Shown: piece by piece, positions 45,032 through 54,598 of the stretch
How the letters are laid out: each line of letters begins with the position of its first letter
How positions within the stretch are numbered: position 1 is the stretch's first letter
From: Halobacteriales archaeon QS_1_68_17
GTDB lineage: Archaea; Halobacteriota; Halobacteria; Halobacteriales; Haloarculaceae
Reading direction: 5' to 3'
NCBI GenBank assembly: GCA_003021105.1
Contig: PXRG01000022.1
Coordinates: forward strand, 9,044 to 73,043
DNA length: 64,000 nucleotides
The notes under the pieces: generated by a model
What the model was told of the DNA's origin: nothing
What the model saw: the letters and a program-made list of their open reading frames with translations, nothing else
Database searches by the model: none
Position numbers and translations under genes: made by a program

Positions 45032-46060
45032 TCAGACCGCGATCCCGAACGAAAGGGGGCCGTGGCTCTCGTAGTCTCGGAGCGCGATGTCCTCGTAGGC
45101 CAGGTCGTCGATGGGGACGTCGGCCACCTCGACAGTCGGCGGGTCGAGTGGCTCCCGGGTCAACTGGGTCAGCAGGTTCGGGACGTGGTCTTTCCCGTCC
45201 GCGTTGTCGCCCGGGGCCTCGCGCTCGACGAACGCGCGTACCTCGTCGTAGTGCTCGCGGTCGGTCTCCCGGAGCCGTCGCTGGAGTTCGGGCAGGTGGT
45301 CGGCGTACCACGCGCCGCGCTCGCCGCCGCCACAGTAGACGTGGGCGTTGCGCAGGAAGTGGCTGAACGTCCCCACCTCGTAGTCGGTCTGGGCGGCGAC
45401 GACGTGGGCCAGCAGGGCGTAGGCGGCGATGTTGAACGGGACGCCGAGCGCCACGTCGGCCGAGCGCTGGTCGAGAATGGTGTGCAGGCGGCCGTTCTGG
45501 ACGCTAAACGAGAAGGTGTAGTGACACGGCGGGAGTTTGCTCAGGGCGGCGTTGGCCGGGTGCCAGGCGACGACGATGATCCGCCGGGAATGGGGCCGCT
45601 CGGCGAGCATGTCGAGGACGTACTGGATCTGATCGAAGGTGCCCTCCTCGTTGAGCCACCGCGAGGGGTCCACGTCGTCGGCGTCGGTCCAGCGGTTGTC
45701 GGTCCCCGGCCAGGCCTCCCCCGGGAGTCGCTGGTCGTCGCCGGGCACCGGGAACCGCCGCCAGAACCGGCCGTAGGCGGTCTGGAGGTGCCCCTCCTCG
45801 GTCGCCCAGTCGTCCCAGATGCCGGTCTTCTCGCGCAGGTTCCGGACGTGCTCCTCGCCCGAGAAGTACCAGAGCAGTTCGTGGATCATCGAGTCCCACC
45901 GCGACTCGGACATCCGTTTGGTCGTCAACAGCGGATACCCCTCCTGGAGGTCGTAGGTGTAGTGGTAGGAGAGTTCCGCGATGGTGTCGACGGCCGTCCG
46001 GTTCGGCTCGTGGCTGCCGTTCGTCAGGACGTGGTCGACCAGGTCGAGGTAGCCCTTCAC
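45032..46060 (-). CDS. thyA: Thymidylate synthase (ThyA type)
   Basis: 342 aa with ThyA motifs (RRIIVVAWHPA, LPPCH). GTG start; its stop abuts the folA start. Confidence 0.9.
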   Translation of the reverse strand: MKGYLDLVDHVLTNGSHEPNRTAVDTIAELSYHYTYDLQEGYPLLTTKRMSESRWDSMIHELLWYFSGEEHVRNLREKTGIWDDWATEEGHLQTAYGRFWRRFPVPGDDQRLPGEAWPGTDNRWTDADDVDPSRWLNEEGTFDQIQYVLDMLAERPHSRRIIVVAWHPANAALSKLPPCHYTFSFSVQNGRLHTILDQRSADVALGVPFNIAAYALLAHVVAAQTDYEVGTFSHFLRNAHVYCGGGERGAWYADHLPELQRRLRETDREHYDEVRAFVEREAPGDNADGKDHVPNLLTQLTREPLDPPTVEVADVPIDDLAYEDIALRDYESHGPLSFGIAV

Positions 46061-46268
46061 GTGTCACCGCCTCCCGTCCGTCCGGCCGAGACGCCGGCCG
46101 CCGGACCGTTCGCGCCCTGCTGGCGTGGCCGTGACTGTGACCGTCACCGCGACCCGCCCCGGGTCCGTCGCGCGTGCTGTGTCCATCCGTACCCGGCCCT
46201 GGCGCGGGCCAGTCACATCTACTTTGCGCCGGCAGTGGAATTTTTGCCCTCCCGTCCGTCCGACCGGT

Positions 46269-46658
46269 ATGCCCGAACGGAACGTCCGGGGGGACCCGCT
46301 CGAACCGTGCAGCACCGATCCGATGACGGGGTTCGACCGCGACGGCCACTGTCGCTGTGACGAGCGGGACCACGGCCGCCACGAACTCTGTGCGGTGATG
46401 ACCGACGAGTTCCTCGCGTTCAGCCGCGAGCGGGGTAACGACCTCGTGACGCCGCGGCCGGGGCTCCGGTTCCCGGGGCTGGAACCCGGCGACCGGTGGT
46501 GTCTCTGCGTGCCGCGGTGGGTGGAGGCCCTGGCGGCGACCCGCGAGGAGCGCCTCCCCGAGACGACCGTCCCGCCGGTCGTCCTCCGGGCGACCAACGA
46601 GGCCGTCCTCGACACCGTCGCTCTGGAGACGCTGGAGGCCCACGCCTACGACGGGTAG
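46269..46658 (+). CDS. DUF2237-family protein
   Basis: LEPCSTDPMTGFDRDGHCRC...HELCAVMTDEFLAFSRERGNDLVTP...PGDRWCLC matches the DUF2237 pattern from memory. ATG 46269 lies inside ORF 46125..46658. Confidence 0.75.
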   Translation: MPERNVRGDPLEPCSTDPMTGFDRDGHCRCDERDHGRHELCAVMTDEFLAFSRERGNDLVTPRPGLRFPGLEPGDRWCLCVPRWVEALAATREERLPETTVPPVVLRATNEAVLDTVALETLEAHAYDG

Positions 46659-47081
46659 CGTCCTCCCCCCGCGGGACCGCCAGCCCAACTTGAACGGATC
46701 GCGGCCCGAAAATATCAAACATATACATAAGGCAGGAAAATAATATATTTGCCGCGTTTCCCGGGTCGAACCGCGGGTTCGCACCGGACCAGACCGCCTA
46801 TTTGAGACCGCCTGACTGCAGGTACGGGCGAAAGAGACGGTTGGACGGCCCCCACGGTGGGTACGGTGACGCTGAATCGGAATGGCCGGCTCGATTGGCC
46901 GGATCGGATCGCTGCTGGCGGATGGGCGCTACGGAATGACGAGTGGCCGTCGACGACTACCGGCAGGCAGCCAAGTAAAATATTTATTATATTAGTTAGT
47001 AAAGGACGGATATTTTATTTTTCTGTCCGGGGCCCGGCCGTTCGGGCAGGTCGGCCGGTGTCGCCGGGGGAGCCACAGCGG

Positions 47082-48116
47082 TCAGAGGTCCGAGAGGAGC
47101 CGCTCCCGGTACCGCTGGACGAAGGTGTACAGCAGGATGGCGGCGAACAGGACGATGCCGTTGACCGTCTGGATGATCTGGGGGTCGATGTTGAGCATGA
47201 CGAGTCCCGCCCCGATGGTCCCGAGCAGCAGGACGCCGCCGAGGGAGTTGAGCACGTTCCCGCGGCCGCCAAAGAGGCTAATGCCGCCGATGACAGCGGC
47301 AGTGAACGCGGGGAACAGTTGCGAGGTGCCGAGGGTGGGTGTCGCGCCGCCGTTGAACCCCGTGAGGAGCAACCCGCCGATAGCCGAGAGGACCCCGGAG
47401 ATGACGAATGTGAGGATGACGACTCGGTTGGTGTCGATGCCGGCCTCGGCAGCCGAGTCCTCGTCCCCGCCGACGGCGTAGACCGCCCGCCCGAACCGCG
47501 TCTTCGTCAGGATGAACCACATCCCGAGAAACAGCGCGAACATGGCGAAAATAGCGAGCGGGATCGGCCGGAACAGGGGGAGATCGATGTCCTCGCCGCC
47601 GATCCAGAGGTAACTCGCCGGGAGCCCGTACACCGACTGCGTCGACAGCACGAGGATGCCGCCCTCGAAGATGATAAGCGTCGAGAGCGTCTGCAAAAAC
47701 GGGTTGACGCCGAACTTGGCGATGGAGACGCCGTTCAGGAGGCCGATCGACCCCCCGACGAGCAGCAGGACCGCGATGCCCGCCACGCCCGGCATGCCGG
47801 GGAACCACTCCGTGAGAAACAGTGCTGCGGCCATCGCCGAGAAGCCGGCGACCGACCCGACCGAGAGGTCGAAGTTGCCGCTGATGAGACAGATACCCTC
47901 GGCCAGCGTGATCGCGCCCAGTCCCGCGCTCGTGTACAGGAGGAACCGGATGTTCCGGTACTGGGTGAAAATCTCCGGCAGGAGCAGCGAGAACAGGACG
48001 AACGTCACCAGCAGAATCGGCCAGATGAGGTTGTCCAGCGCGAACAACATCATCCGCGTCCGGTCGGCCTCGCGGAGGTCGTCGACCGACGATCGGAGAG
48101 AGGATATCGTGCTCAT
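47082..48116 (-). CDS. Sugar ABC transporter permease (RbsC/AraH type)
   Basis: 344-aa polytopic membrane protein with a typical branched sugar permease profile. Confidence 0.85.
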   Translation of the reverse strand: MSTISSLRSSVDDLREADRTRMMLFALDNLIWPILLVTFVLFSLLLPEIFTQYRNIRFLLYTSAGLGAITLAEGICLISGNFDLSVGSVAGFSAMAAALFLTEWFPGMPGVAGIAVLLLVGGSIGLLNGVSIAKFGVNPFLQTLSTLIIFEGGILVLSTQSVYGLPASYLWIGGEDIDLPLFRPIPLAIFAMFALFLGMWFILTKTRFGRAVYAVGGDEDSAAEAGIDTNRVVILTFVISGVLSAIGGLLLTGFNGGATPTLGTSQLFPAFTAAVIGGISLFGGRGNVLNSLGGVLLLGTIGAGLVMLNIDPQIIQTVNGIVLFAAILLYTFVQRYRERLLSDL

Positions 48117-48188
48117 CTTCGGCGGATCACCCGGTGTTGTCTGTCACCGATAAACGGGGCGGGATGTTAGTTCTTCTGTTCGGCCGGA

Positions 48189-49393
48189 TCAGTTCTGTTC
48201 CTCGTAGACCCGGGCGACGTTCCCGTAGAGGTAGGATGCGTCGGCGTTTTCCTGGGTGATCATCGCGTGGTTGCACTTCATCCAGGGCCACCAGGTCTGG
48301 TCCTGGGCCTCGTACTCGACCATCTCGGCCGGGCCCCAGAACTGGTTACTCCACGGTTCGATCCCGAAGACCTCCTTGTTCTCGATGCTGAGGTCATCGC
48401 CGGGCTCGACGGTGTCGCCGACCTGCGGGAGCGTGTCCTCCCCACCCTCGAGGTAATCCCACATCAGTTCGAGCGTCAGCGGCGCGTACATGTGGAGTGG
48501 CTGGTCGACAGTTCCGGCCCGCCGTCGATGCCGAACGCCATGACGTGCCCCTCCTCGTCTTTGGGGTAGTACTCGCCGAACTGTTCGAGAGCGGTCAGTG
48601 CACCCATTCCGCTCCCGACGTTGTTCGAGTAGATGGCGTCGACGTCCGGGTTCGCCTGGAGGGCGCTCTGGGTCTTCGGGGCCGAATCCTCGGGCGTCCC
48701 GTCGCTCTCGATTCGCGCGACGACCTCGACGCTGTCGGGGACGTTCTCGGTGAACCCGAAGAGACGCTGCTGGCTCGTCGTCGACTCGAAGTTGAAGACG
48801 CTCGTGATCACCTTCGCGCTGTCCATCCCCTGGTCCTCCATCATCTGGGTGAACCGTTCGGCCGCCACCCGGCCACCCCGATACTGGCCGAACAGCGCGC
48901 CGATGAGGATGTCCTCGGACAGCGTCGCCGTGTCGAAGTTCATCACCGGGATGTTCTCCTCCGTGGCCGCCTCGACGATCTGGACCGACGCCTCCGCGTC
49001 GTAGGGGTTCAGCAGGATGCCGTCGACTCCCCGGTTGATCACGTTGCGCGCGTCCTGGGTCTGCTTGGTGGCGTCGAACTCGGCGTCGAGGATGGTGATC
49101 TCGACGTCGTCCATGTCCTGCGTGTACCACTTGGCCGCCTGCCCCTGCACGAACAGGCCGGCCTGCCCCATCGACTTCATCGAAACCGCGAAGTGCTGGG
49201 AGTCACTCCCCGCGGTCTCCGTCTCGCCCATCGTGGTACCGCCGTCGCCACCGTCGCCGCCGTCACCGCCGTCACCACCACTGCCGTCACCGTCACCGCC
49301 ACCGCTGTCGCCGCCGCCACTCTCGAGACAGCCGGCCAGCCCGATGCCACTCGCCAAGCCGATCCCTCTCAGGAAGAGTCTCCTGCTTGTCAT
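48189..49393 (-). pseudogene. Periplasmic-binding-protein-type sugar-binding lipoprotein, interrupted by a 1-nt frameshift
   Basis: N-part is ORF 48476..49393 (Tat/lipobox MTSRRLFLRGIGLASGIGLAGC, RbsB-like core). C-part is ORF 48189..49130 (...VDQPLHMYAPLTLELMWDY...). Frames switch near 48510..48517. Confidence 0.7.
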
Positions 49394-49571
49394 TTGTATC
49401 GTGGGGGTGAATTCCCGGATACAAAGTTCCGAGTTCGATAGTTAATTCTTACGGTTTTTAATTACTGTTTGCCGAGCGGCGGGACGACAGTCACGAGCGC
49501 GCCGGTTTCAGCTCCCGGGGTCCCGTCCCGCCGCGGGCGTCCTCTCGGGGTCGACGGTGCCCCCGCGGGCA

Positions 49572-50381
49572 TCAGGCGGTCGGCGAACTCGCGGAGTCGC
49601 TCTCGCCGACCGATTCCGTGGCCCCCATCGGCTGGCCGGAAACCATCATGGCGACGATCGCGTCGCGCGTCACCTCGTCGCTGTCGACGACGTCGACGAC
49701 GCGTCCCTGGAAGAGGACGGCGATCCGGTCGGTCATCGACAGCACCTCCTCGAGGTTGTGGTCGATGATGACGATGGTGTGGCCGGTGTTTTGCAGCTCC
49801 TCGACGAGGCGCTCGACGTGGTCGACGGCCGCCTTCGAGAGCGCCGACGTCGGCTCGTCGAGGAAGACGATGTCGGGATCGCTGACCAGTGCGCGCCCGA
49901 TGGCGATGGCCTGGCGCTCGCCGCCCGAGAGGTACTCGACCGGCGTCTCCGGGTCGAGGTGGATGTCCAGCCGCTCGCTGAGGATGCGCTCGGCCTCCTC
50001 CTGCATCCGCTCCGTGTCGATGACAGGGAGAATGCCGCCGAGTTTCTTCACCGGGTTCCGACCCAGAAACATGTTCTCGGCGACCGAGAGCTGGTCGACC
50101 AGCGCGAGGTCCTGGTAGACCGTGCCGATGCCGAGCTTCCGTGCGTGTTTGGGTCCGTCGATAGTCACCGGCTTGCCGTCGATCAGGATCTCCCCTTCGT
50201 CGGGCTGGTGGAGGCCCACGAGCGTCCGGATGAGCGTCGACTTGCCAGCGCCGTTGTCGCCGACCAGCCCCAGGATTTCGTTGTCGCGGAGTTCGAGGTT
50301 CACGTCCGAGAGCGCCTCGACGGTCCCGAACCGTTTCTGGAGATTCCTGACCTCGATCCGCGCTGGGCCGTCGTCGGTCAT
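49572..50381 (-). CDS. Sugar ABC transporter ATP-binding protein (single NBD)
   Basis: GDNGAGKSTL, LSGGERQ, FLDEPTSAL. ATG 50381 lies inside ORF 49572..50579. Confidence 0.9.
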   Translation of the reverse strand: MTDDGPARIEVRNLQKRFGTVEALSDVNLELRDNEILGLVGDNGAGKSTLIRTLVGLHQPDEGEILIDGKPVTIDGPKHARKLGIGTVYQDLALVDQLSVAENMFLGRNPVKKLGGILPVIDTERMQEEAERILSERLDIHLDPETPVEYLSGGERQAIAIGRALVSDPDIVFLDEPTSALSKAAVDHVERLVEELQNTGHTIVIIDHNLEEVLSMTDRIAVLFQGRVVDVVDSDEVTRDAIVAMMVSGQPMGATESVGESDSASSPTA

Positions 50382-50520
50382 GCTACCACCTATGGGCGAC
50401 ACCGCGTAAAAAAACACCCGGTCGCCCAGGGCGATGGGTCGCCTTCGCGGAACCCACGCCGCGGCGGCCAGCGCGGCCCCGCCCGCGTCATTTAATTGTC
50501 GCCCCGTCGATGCGTCGTCC

Positions 50521-51726
50521 GTGTCCGACCACTCCACCGTCCGCGATCCGAAGTGGCTCCACCAGCACGTCCGGGGCATCCTGAACTTCTACTACCCGAC
50601 ATGCGTCGATCACCGGTTCGGCGGGTACGTCCCGCAGATGAGCGACCGCGACGGCCACGTCTACGACGGACTGCACAAGTCCGTCGTCGCGACGGCGCGG
50701 TTCGTCTATAACTTCAGCGTCGGGGAACTGCTCGACGGACCGGACTGGTGTCGCTCCGTCGCACACCACGGCGTCGACTTCCTGCTCGACGCCCACCGCC
50801 GGGCCGACGGCGGCTACCCGTGGCTGCTCGCGGGCCGCGAAGTCGAGGATTCCGCGCGAACCTGCTACGCCCACGCGTTCGTCCTCCTGGCGTTCGCCAC
50901 CGCCGCCAAGGCGGGCGTCCCGCGGGCCCGCGACCACGTCGCCGAGACGGCCGACTGCATCGACGAGCGGTTCTGGGAAAGCGACCACGGCCTCTGTCGG
51001 GGCAAACTCGACGCGGACTGGCATCCGACCGAGCGCTACCGCGGGCAGAACGCGAACATGCACGTCTGCGAGGCGATGCTGGCTGCCCACGAGGCCACCG
51101 GGGAGGAGCGCTACCTCGACCGCGCCGCGACGATCGCGGAACGGCTGGCCCGCGACCTCGCCGACGCGGGCGATGGCCTGGTCTGGGAACACTACACGGC
51201 CGACTGGGAGTTCGACTGGGAGTACAACCGCGACCAGCCCGAACACCTGTTCCGGCCGTGGGGGTACCAGCCCGGCCACCTCCTCGAGTGGGCGAAACTG
51301 CTGGTCCGCCTCGACGGCCACCGCGAGCGCGGGTGGCACCTCGACCGCGCCCGGCGATTCTTCGACGCCGCGGTCGAGCAGGGGTGGGACGCGGACGGCG
51401 GCGGCTTCGTCTACACCGTCGACCGCGAGGGCGATCCCGTGGTCGAGGATAAGTACTACTGGCCGCTCGCCGAGGGGTTCGCGGCGGCCGCCCGCCTGGC
51501 GGCGGTAACCGACGAGGACCGCTACCGGGAGTGGTACGACCGCATCTGGGCATACGCCTGGGAGCACGTCATCAACCGACGCTACGGCAACTGGTACGGC
51601 AGGCTCACCCCCGACAACCGACTCCACGACGGCATCGACGCGACGCCGAAAGTAAAGACCGACTACCACCCGGTCGGGTGCTGTTACGACGTGCTCCGGA
51701 CGCTCGGTGGGGACGGCCGATCCTGA
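50521..51726 (+). CDS. AGE-superfamily (N-acylglucosamine 2-epimerase-like) sugar isomerase/epimerase
   Basis: (alpha/alpha)6-type repeats with aromatic-rich motifs. GTG 50521 is preferred because TTTAAT (50491..50496) sits about 27 nt upstream; the alternative start is ATG 50434. Confidence 0.75.
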   Translation: MSDHSTVRDPKWLHQHVRGILNFYYPTCVDHRFGGYVPQMSDRDGHVYDGLHKSVVATARFVYNFSVGELLDGPDWCRSVAHHGVDFLLDAHRRADGGYPWLLAGREVEDSARTCYAHAFVLLAFATAAKAGVPRARDHVAETADCIDERFWESDHGLCRGKLDADWHPTERYRGQNANMHVCEAMLAAHEATGEERYLDRAATIAERLARDLADAGDGLVWEHYTADWEFDWEYNRDQPEHLFRPWGYQPGHLLEWAKLLVRLDGHRERGWHLDRARRFFDAAVEQGWDADGGGFVYTVDREGDPVVEDKYYWPLAEGFAAAARLAAVTDEDRYREWYDRIWAYAWEHVINRRYGNWYGRLTPDNRLHDGIDATPKVKTDYHPVGCCYDVLRTLGGDGRS

Positions 51727-51834
51727 TACTGGTGGCTGTAAGTACGTGAAAACTCGAATTGAGAATCCAGGCGGAAAGGGTCTGTATCCGCAAATAGCAG
51801 AGACTGGTGAGTAAAAGAATTACAGCCACCAGTA
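51727..51834 (-). mobile_element. MITE-like element family 2, copy 3 (108 bp, inverted)
   Basis: The reverse complement differs from copy 1 at 3 positions. Flanked by TGA 51724..51726 and TGA 51835..51837. Confidence 0.85.
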
Positions 51835-51876
51835 TGAACCGCGGGCGCACGTCGACGCCTCGGGGATGGGACGCCC

Positions 51877-52647
51877 TCACCAGCGGGTCTCCTCGGCGAA
51901 TTCGGTCGCCGGGAAGAGGTCGCGGAACTCGTCGGGCACCCGGTCGTCGGTGACCAGGAGGTCGATCTCGTCGACGGTTGCGAACTCGCGGAACTGCTGG
52001 CGGCCGAACTTCTCGACGACCGTGACGACCACCGACCGCGTGGCGTTGTCCATGACGTGTCGTTTGACGCTGGCTTCCTCCTCGTTGGGGCACGTCAGGC
52101 CGCCGGTCCGCCTGATACCGTTGACCCCGAGGAAGGCCAGGTCGAAGTTCGACGAGCGGATGTACGACTCGGCCTGCGGCCCCACGAGCGCCTTCGTCTC
52201 GGGACGGAAGCCGCCGCCGGTCGACTTGACGCTCCCGGCGTGGTCGCCCAGTTCCAGCGCCAGCAGCGGCGAGTTCGTCACGGCGACGAACGACCCGTCG
52301 GTCGGGGCGGCCCGCGCGACCTGCATCGTCGTCGTTCCGGAATCGAAGAAGACGATCTGGCCCTCGCGGATCTCCTCGACGGCGCGGTCGGCGATCGCGC
52401 GCTTCTCGTCGAGTTGCTGGACGACTCGCTGGTCGAACGACGGCTCGCCGCCGACGTTCGTCGCGGGGACGGCCCCGCCGTGTGCTCGCTCGATTAGTTC
52501 CCGGTCGGCGAGTTCGCGGAGGTCGCGGCGGATCGTCGACGCGGAGACGTCGAGCAGGTCCGCCAGCCGCTCGACCGAGAGCCCGTCGTGTTTCGTCACC
52601 AGTTCGACGATGTCCCGCCGGCGCTTCTCCGGCGGCGTCACTGGCAC
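51877..52647 (-). CDS. DeoR/GlpR-family transcriptional regulator
   Basis: HTH (LSVERLADLLDVSASTIRRDLRELA) plus a sugar-binding domain. GTG 52647 chosen inside ORF 51877..52824; start uncertain. Confidence 0.8.
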   Translation of the reverse strand: MPVTPPEKRRRDIVELVTKHDGLSVERLADLLDVSASTIRRDLRELADRELIERAHGGAVPATNVGGEPSFDQRVVQQLDEKRAIADRAVEEIREGQIVFFDSGTTTMQVARAAPTDGSFVAVTNSPLLALELGDHAGSVKSTGGGFRPETKALVGPQAESYIRSSNFDLAFLGVNGIRRTGGLTCPNEEEASVKRHVMDNATRSVVVTVVEKFGRQQFREFATVDEIDLLVTDDRVPDEFRDLFPATEFAEETRW

Positions 52648-53618
52648 CCACCCCGTCTGATTGCCGGGCCTGGCGTCGCCGTCATACCTGCCCGGACGCC
52701 CCGTGTCGGGATATATCCCTGTGTTTCCCGGGAACCGCCTGGCCTGCAATCCCCCGCCGGCACTGCCACGTTCCGTGACGGTGCGCCGTGCCGCGAAGTC
52801 TCCGGACGGCAACCGGCACCCCACGCCGGCGTCCGAGAATCTCGCGCCCGGGATCGATAGTTACTCACCACAAGTAGATAATAATATGTAGCTGATATAA
52901 ATAGTAACAAACCACATTGTGTACAATTTGAACCCCGCTGTCAGAGACGTGCTACACTGATAGCTGGCGCGGAGTGGGCAGTAACAACCATTGCGTGTTT
53001 ATCTTTTCAACTATCTAATTACGAGCAGCAATTAATTTGATACGCCAGCGACCAGTCGGTCACGGGCAGGGCGACCACCGGCAGATACGGGCCCGGCGGG
53101 TGCCGCGTCGTCGGTGAGAGGCGGGAGAGCATCGACGGCCGTCGGCGACTGCCACGCGGCCGCACATCCAGCGCCCGCGGCCCGGCATACTGCCCACTTT
53201 GTGCCGTGCCGGGGGTGTGTCCGACACTGATCGGGGTAGGGGGATTACAGGTATAGAGCTGTAAATACCGGTTCGACCGGCGGTGACCCGTCACTCCGTT
53301 TGCCAGGGACAAAGCGGCCGTCTTCCAGGCCCCGTGCGACCGCGGTCGGTCGGCCGACAGTCGGTCGCGGACCCGCGGTGTCGTGCGAAACAGCCGGCGT
53401 TCGTCGTCGACAGACCCGGGCGGATCGCGTCCCCGCGGCTGTCCGGGGCGTCCAGCCCGGCGACGCCGGGTTCCGTGCGCCGTCCCGACCTGCAGGGACA
53501 GTCGGACCCGTCAAGCCCACCGTGACATTCCAACACAACCGGGCGAACCGGAGGGTGTCAGATAAGCGGCGTCTCCGCGCGCCCCTTACTCGCGGCACGC
53601 CAGCGCGACGCCCGTGTT

Positions 53619-53636
53619 GTTTTGTGGATCACAAAC
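53619..53636. promoter_or_regulatory. Palindrome GTTTTGTGGATCACAAAC (site E)
   Basis: About 150 nt upstream of the racemase-like gene. Related to sites A, B, C, D and F. Confidence 0.4.
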
Positions 53637-53696
53637 ACCGCCGTGGGGCGGGTCGAGCGGCGGGTGGGACTGGGAACAGCCGGCGAATCCGGTGCG

Positions 53697-53719
53697 GGCG
53701 TTTGTCCGGTGCAAACGCC
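53697..53719. promoter_or_regulatory. Palindrome GGCGTTTGTCCGGTGCAAACGCC (site C)
   Basis: 8-bp arms. The core CGTTTG-N7-CAAACG at 53699..53717 lies 61 nt upstream of ATG 53778. Confidence 0.5.
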
Positions 53720-53777
53720 GCGACCCGGCGGGCGACCGGGCCAAACGTTCATTAGCGAGCGGAGGAAACCGGGGCGC

Positions 53778-54500
53778 ATGGCTGACCAGACGGGAACGAG
53801 CGGGTCCTCCGCCGGTGGCGACTGTCTGGGCGTGGTGATGCTGGACACGACCTTCCCGCGGCCACCCGGTGACGTCGGCAACGCCCGCTCCTACGACTAT
53901 CCGGTCGCGTTCGCGGTCGCCGAGGGAGCGGGTCCCGTCGACGTGGTCCGGGAACAGGAGGTCGCCATCGAGCCCTTCGCGGACGCGGCGCGGACGCTGG
54001 TCGACCGCGGGGCCGTGGCGATCACCACGAGTTGCGGGTTCCTGTTGTCACACCAGGACCTGCTGAGCGAGCAGGTCCCCGAGGTACCGGTGTTCACGAG
54101 CAGCCTGCTCCAGATTCCGGTCGTCGCGTCGATGCTCGCCCCGGACGAGCGGATCGGCGTCATCTCGGCCGACGAGCAGGCGCTGGACCGGCTCGACCAC
54201 CCGGTACTCGACGAGTACGCGGACCGGCTGGTCGTCGGGGGGCTGTCCGACGGCGACAGCTTCCAGGCGACGATCGTCGAGGAGAGCGCGCCGACGCTCG
54301 ACCGGGAGGCGGTCGGGGAGGAGGTGGTCGCGGCGGCCGAGGCGGTGGTCGACCGCGGACACGTGGGGGCGATCCTCTTCGAGTGTACGAACCTCCGGCC
54401 GTACGTCGACGAGGTCCGCGCCGGGACCGGCCTGCCGGTGTTCGACTACCTCACGTTCGCGGACATGGCCTGGCGGGCCGGCCGGGGAACCCGGCAGTGA
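53778..54500 (+). CDS. Asp/Glu/hydantoin-racemase-superfamily protein
   Basis: 240 aa from MADQTGTSGSS. Has the VVMLDTTFPRPPGDVGNA block and a second half-domain (ILFECTNLRPYV). ATG lies inside ORF 53622..54500. Confidence 0.7.
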   Translation: MADQTGTSGSSAGGDCLGVVMLDTTFPRPPGDVGNARSYDYPVAFAVAEGAGPVDVVREQEVAIEPFADAARTLVDRGAVAITTSCGFLLSHQDLLSEQVPEVPVFTSSLLQIPVVASMLAPDERIGVISADEQALDRLDHPVLDEYADRLVVGGLSDGDSFQATIVEESAPTLDREAVGEEVVAAAEAVVDRGHVGAILFECTNLRPYVDEVRAGTGLPVFDYLTFADMAWRAGRGTRQ

Positions 54501-54521
54501 GCGCCGCGGGACGCCCGCTCA

Positions 54522-54598
54522 TACTGTCGGCTACAATCCCTCGAAGAATTTCGCCCCCCGCGGTGCCGAATATCTTCACGAAGTTATAGCCGACAGTA
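54522..54598. mobile_element. MITE-like element family 3 (77 bp)
   Basis: TIR TACTGTCGGCTACAA/TTATAGCCGACAGTA (14 of 15). Flanked by TCA 54519..54521 and TCA 54599..54601. Confidence 0.7.

Noticed and set aside
46751-46790. tRNA-like fragment (CCCGGGTCGAACCGCGGGTTCGCACCGG), a possible integration att remnant.
   Set aside because: No 5-bp T-stem with a 7-nt loop, acceptor stem or anticodon arm can be drawn on either strand.
53019-53312. Minus-strand ORF whose last 35 or so codons (…PTTRHPPGPYLPVVALPVTDWSLAY…) have coding-like GC3.
   Set aside because: It has a TTG start only, no recognisable family and mixed codon bias in its first two thirds. At most it is the tail of a dead gene; I cannot support a feature call.
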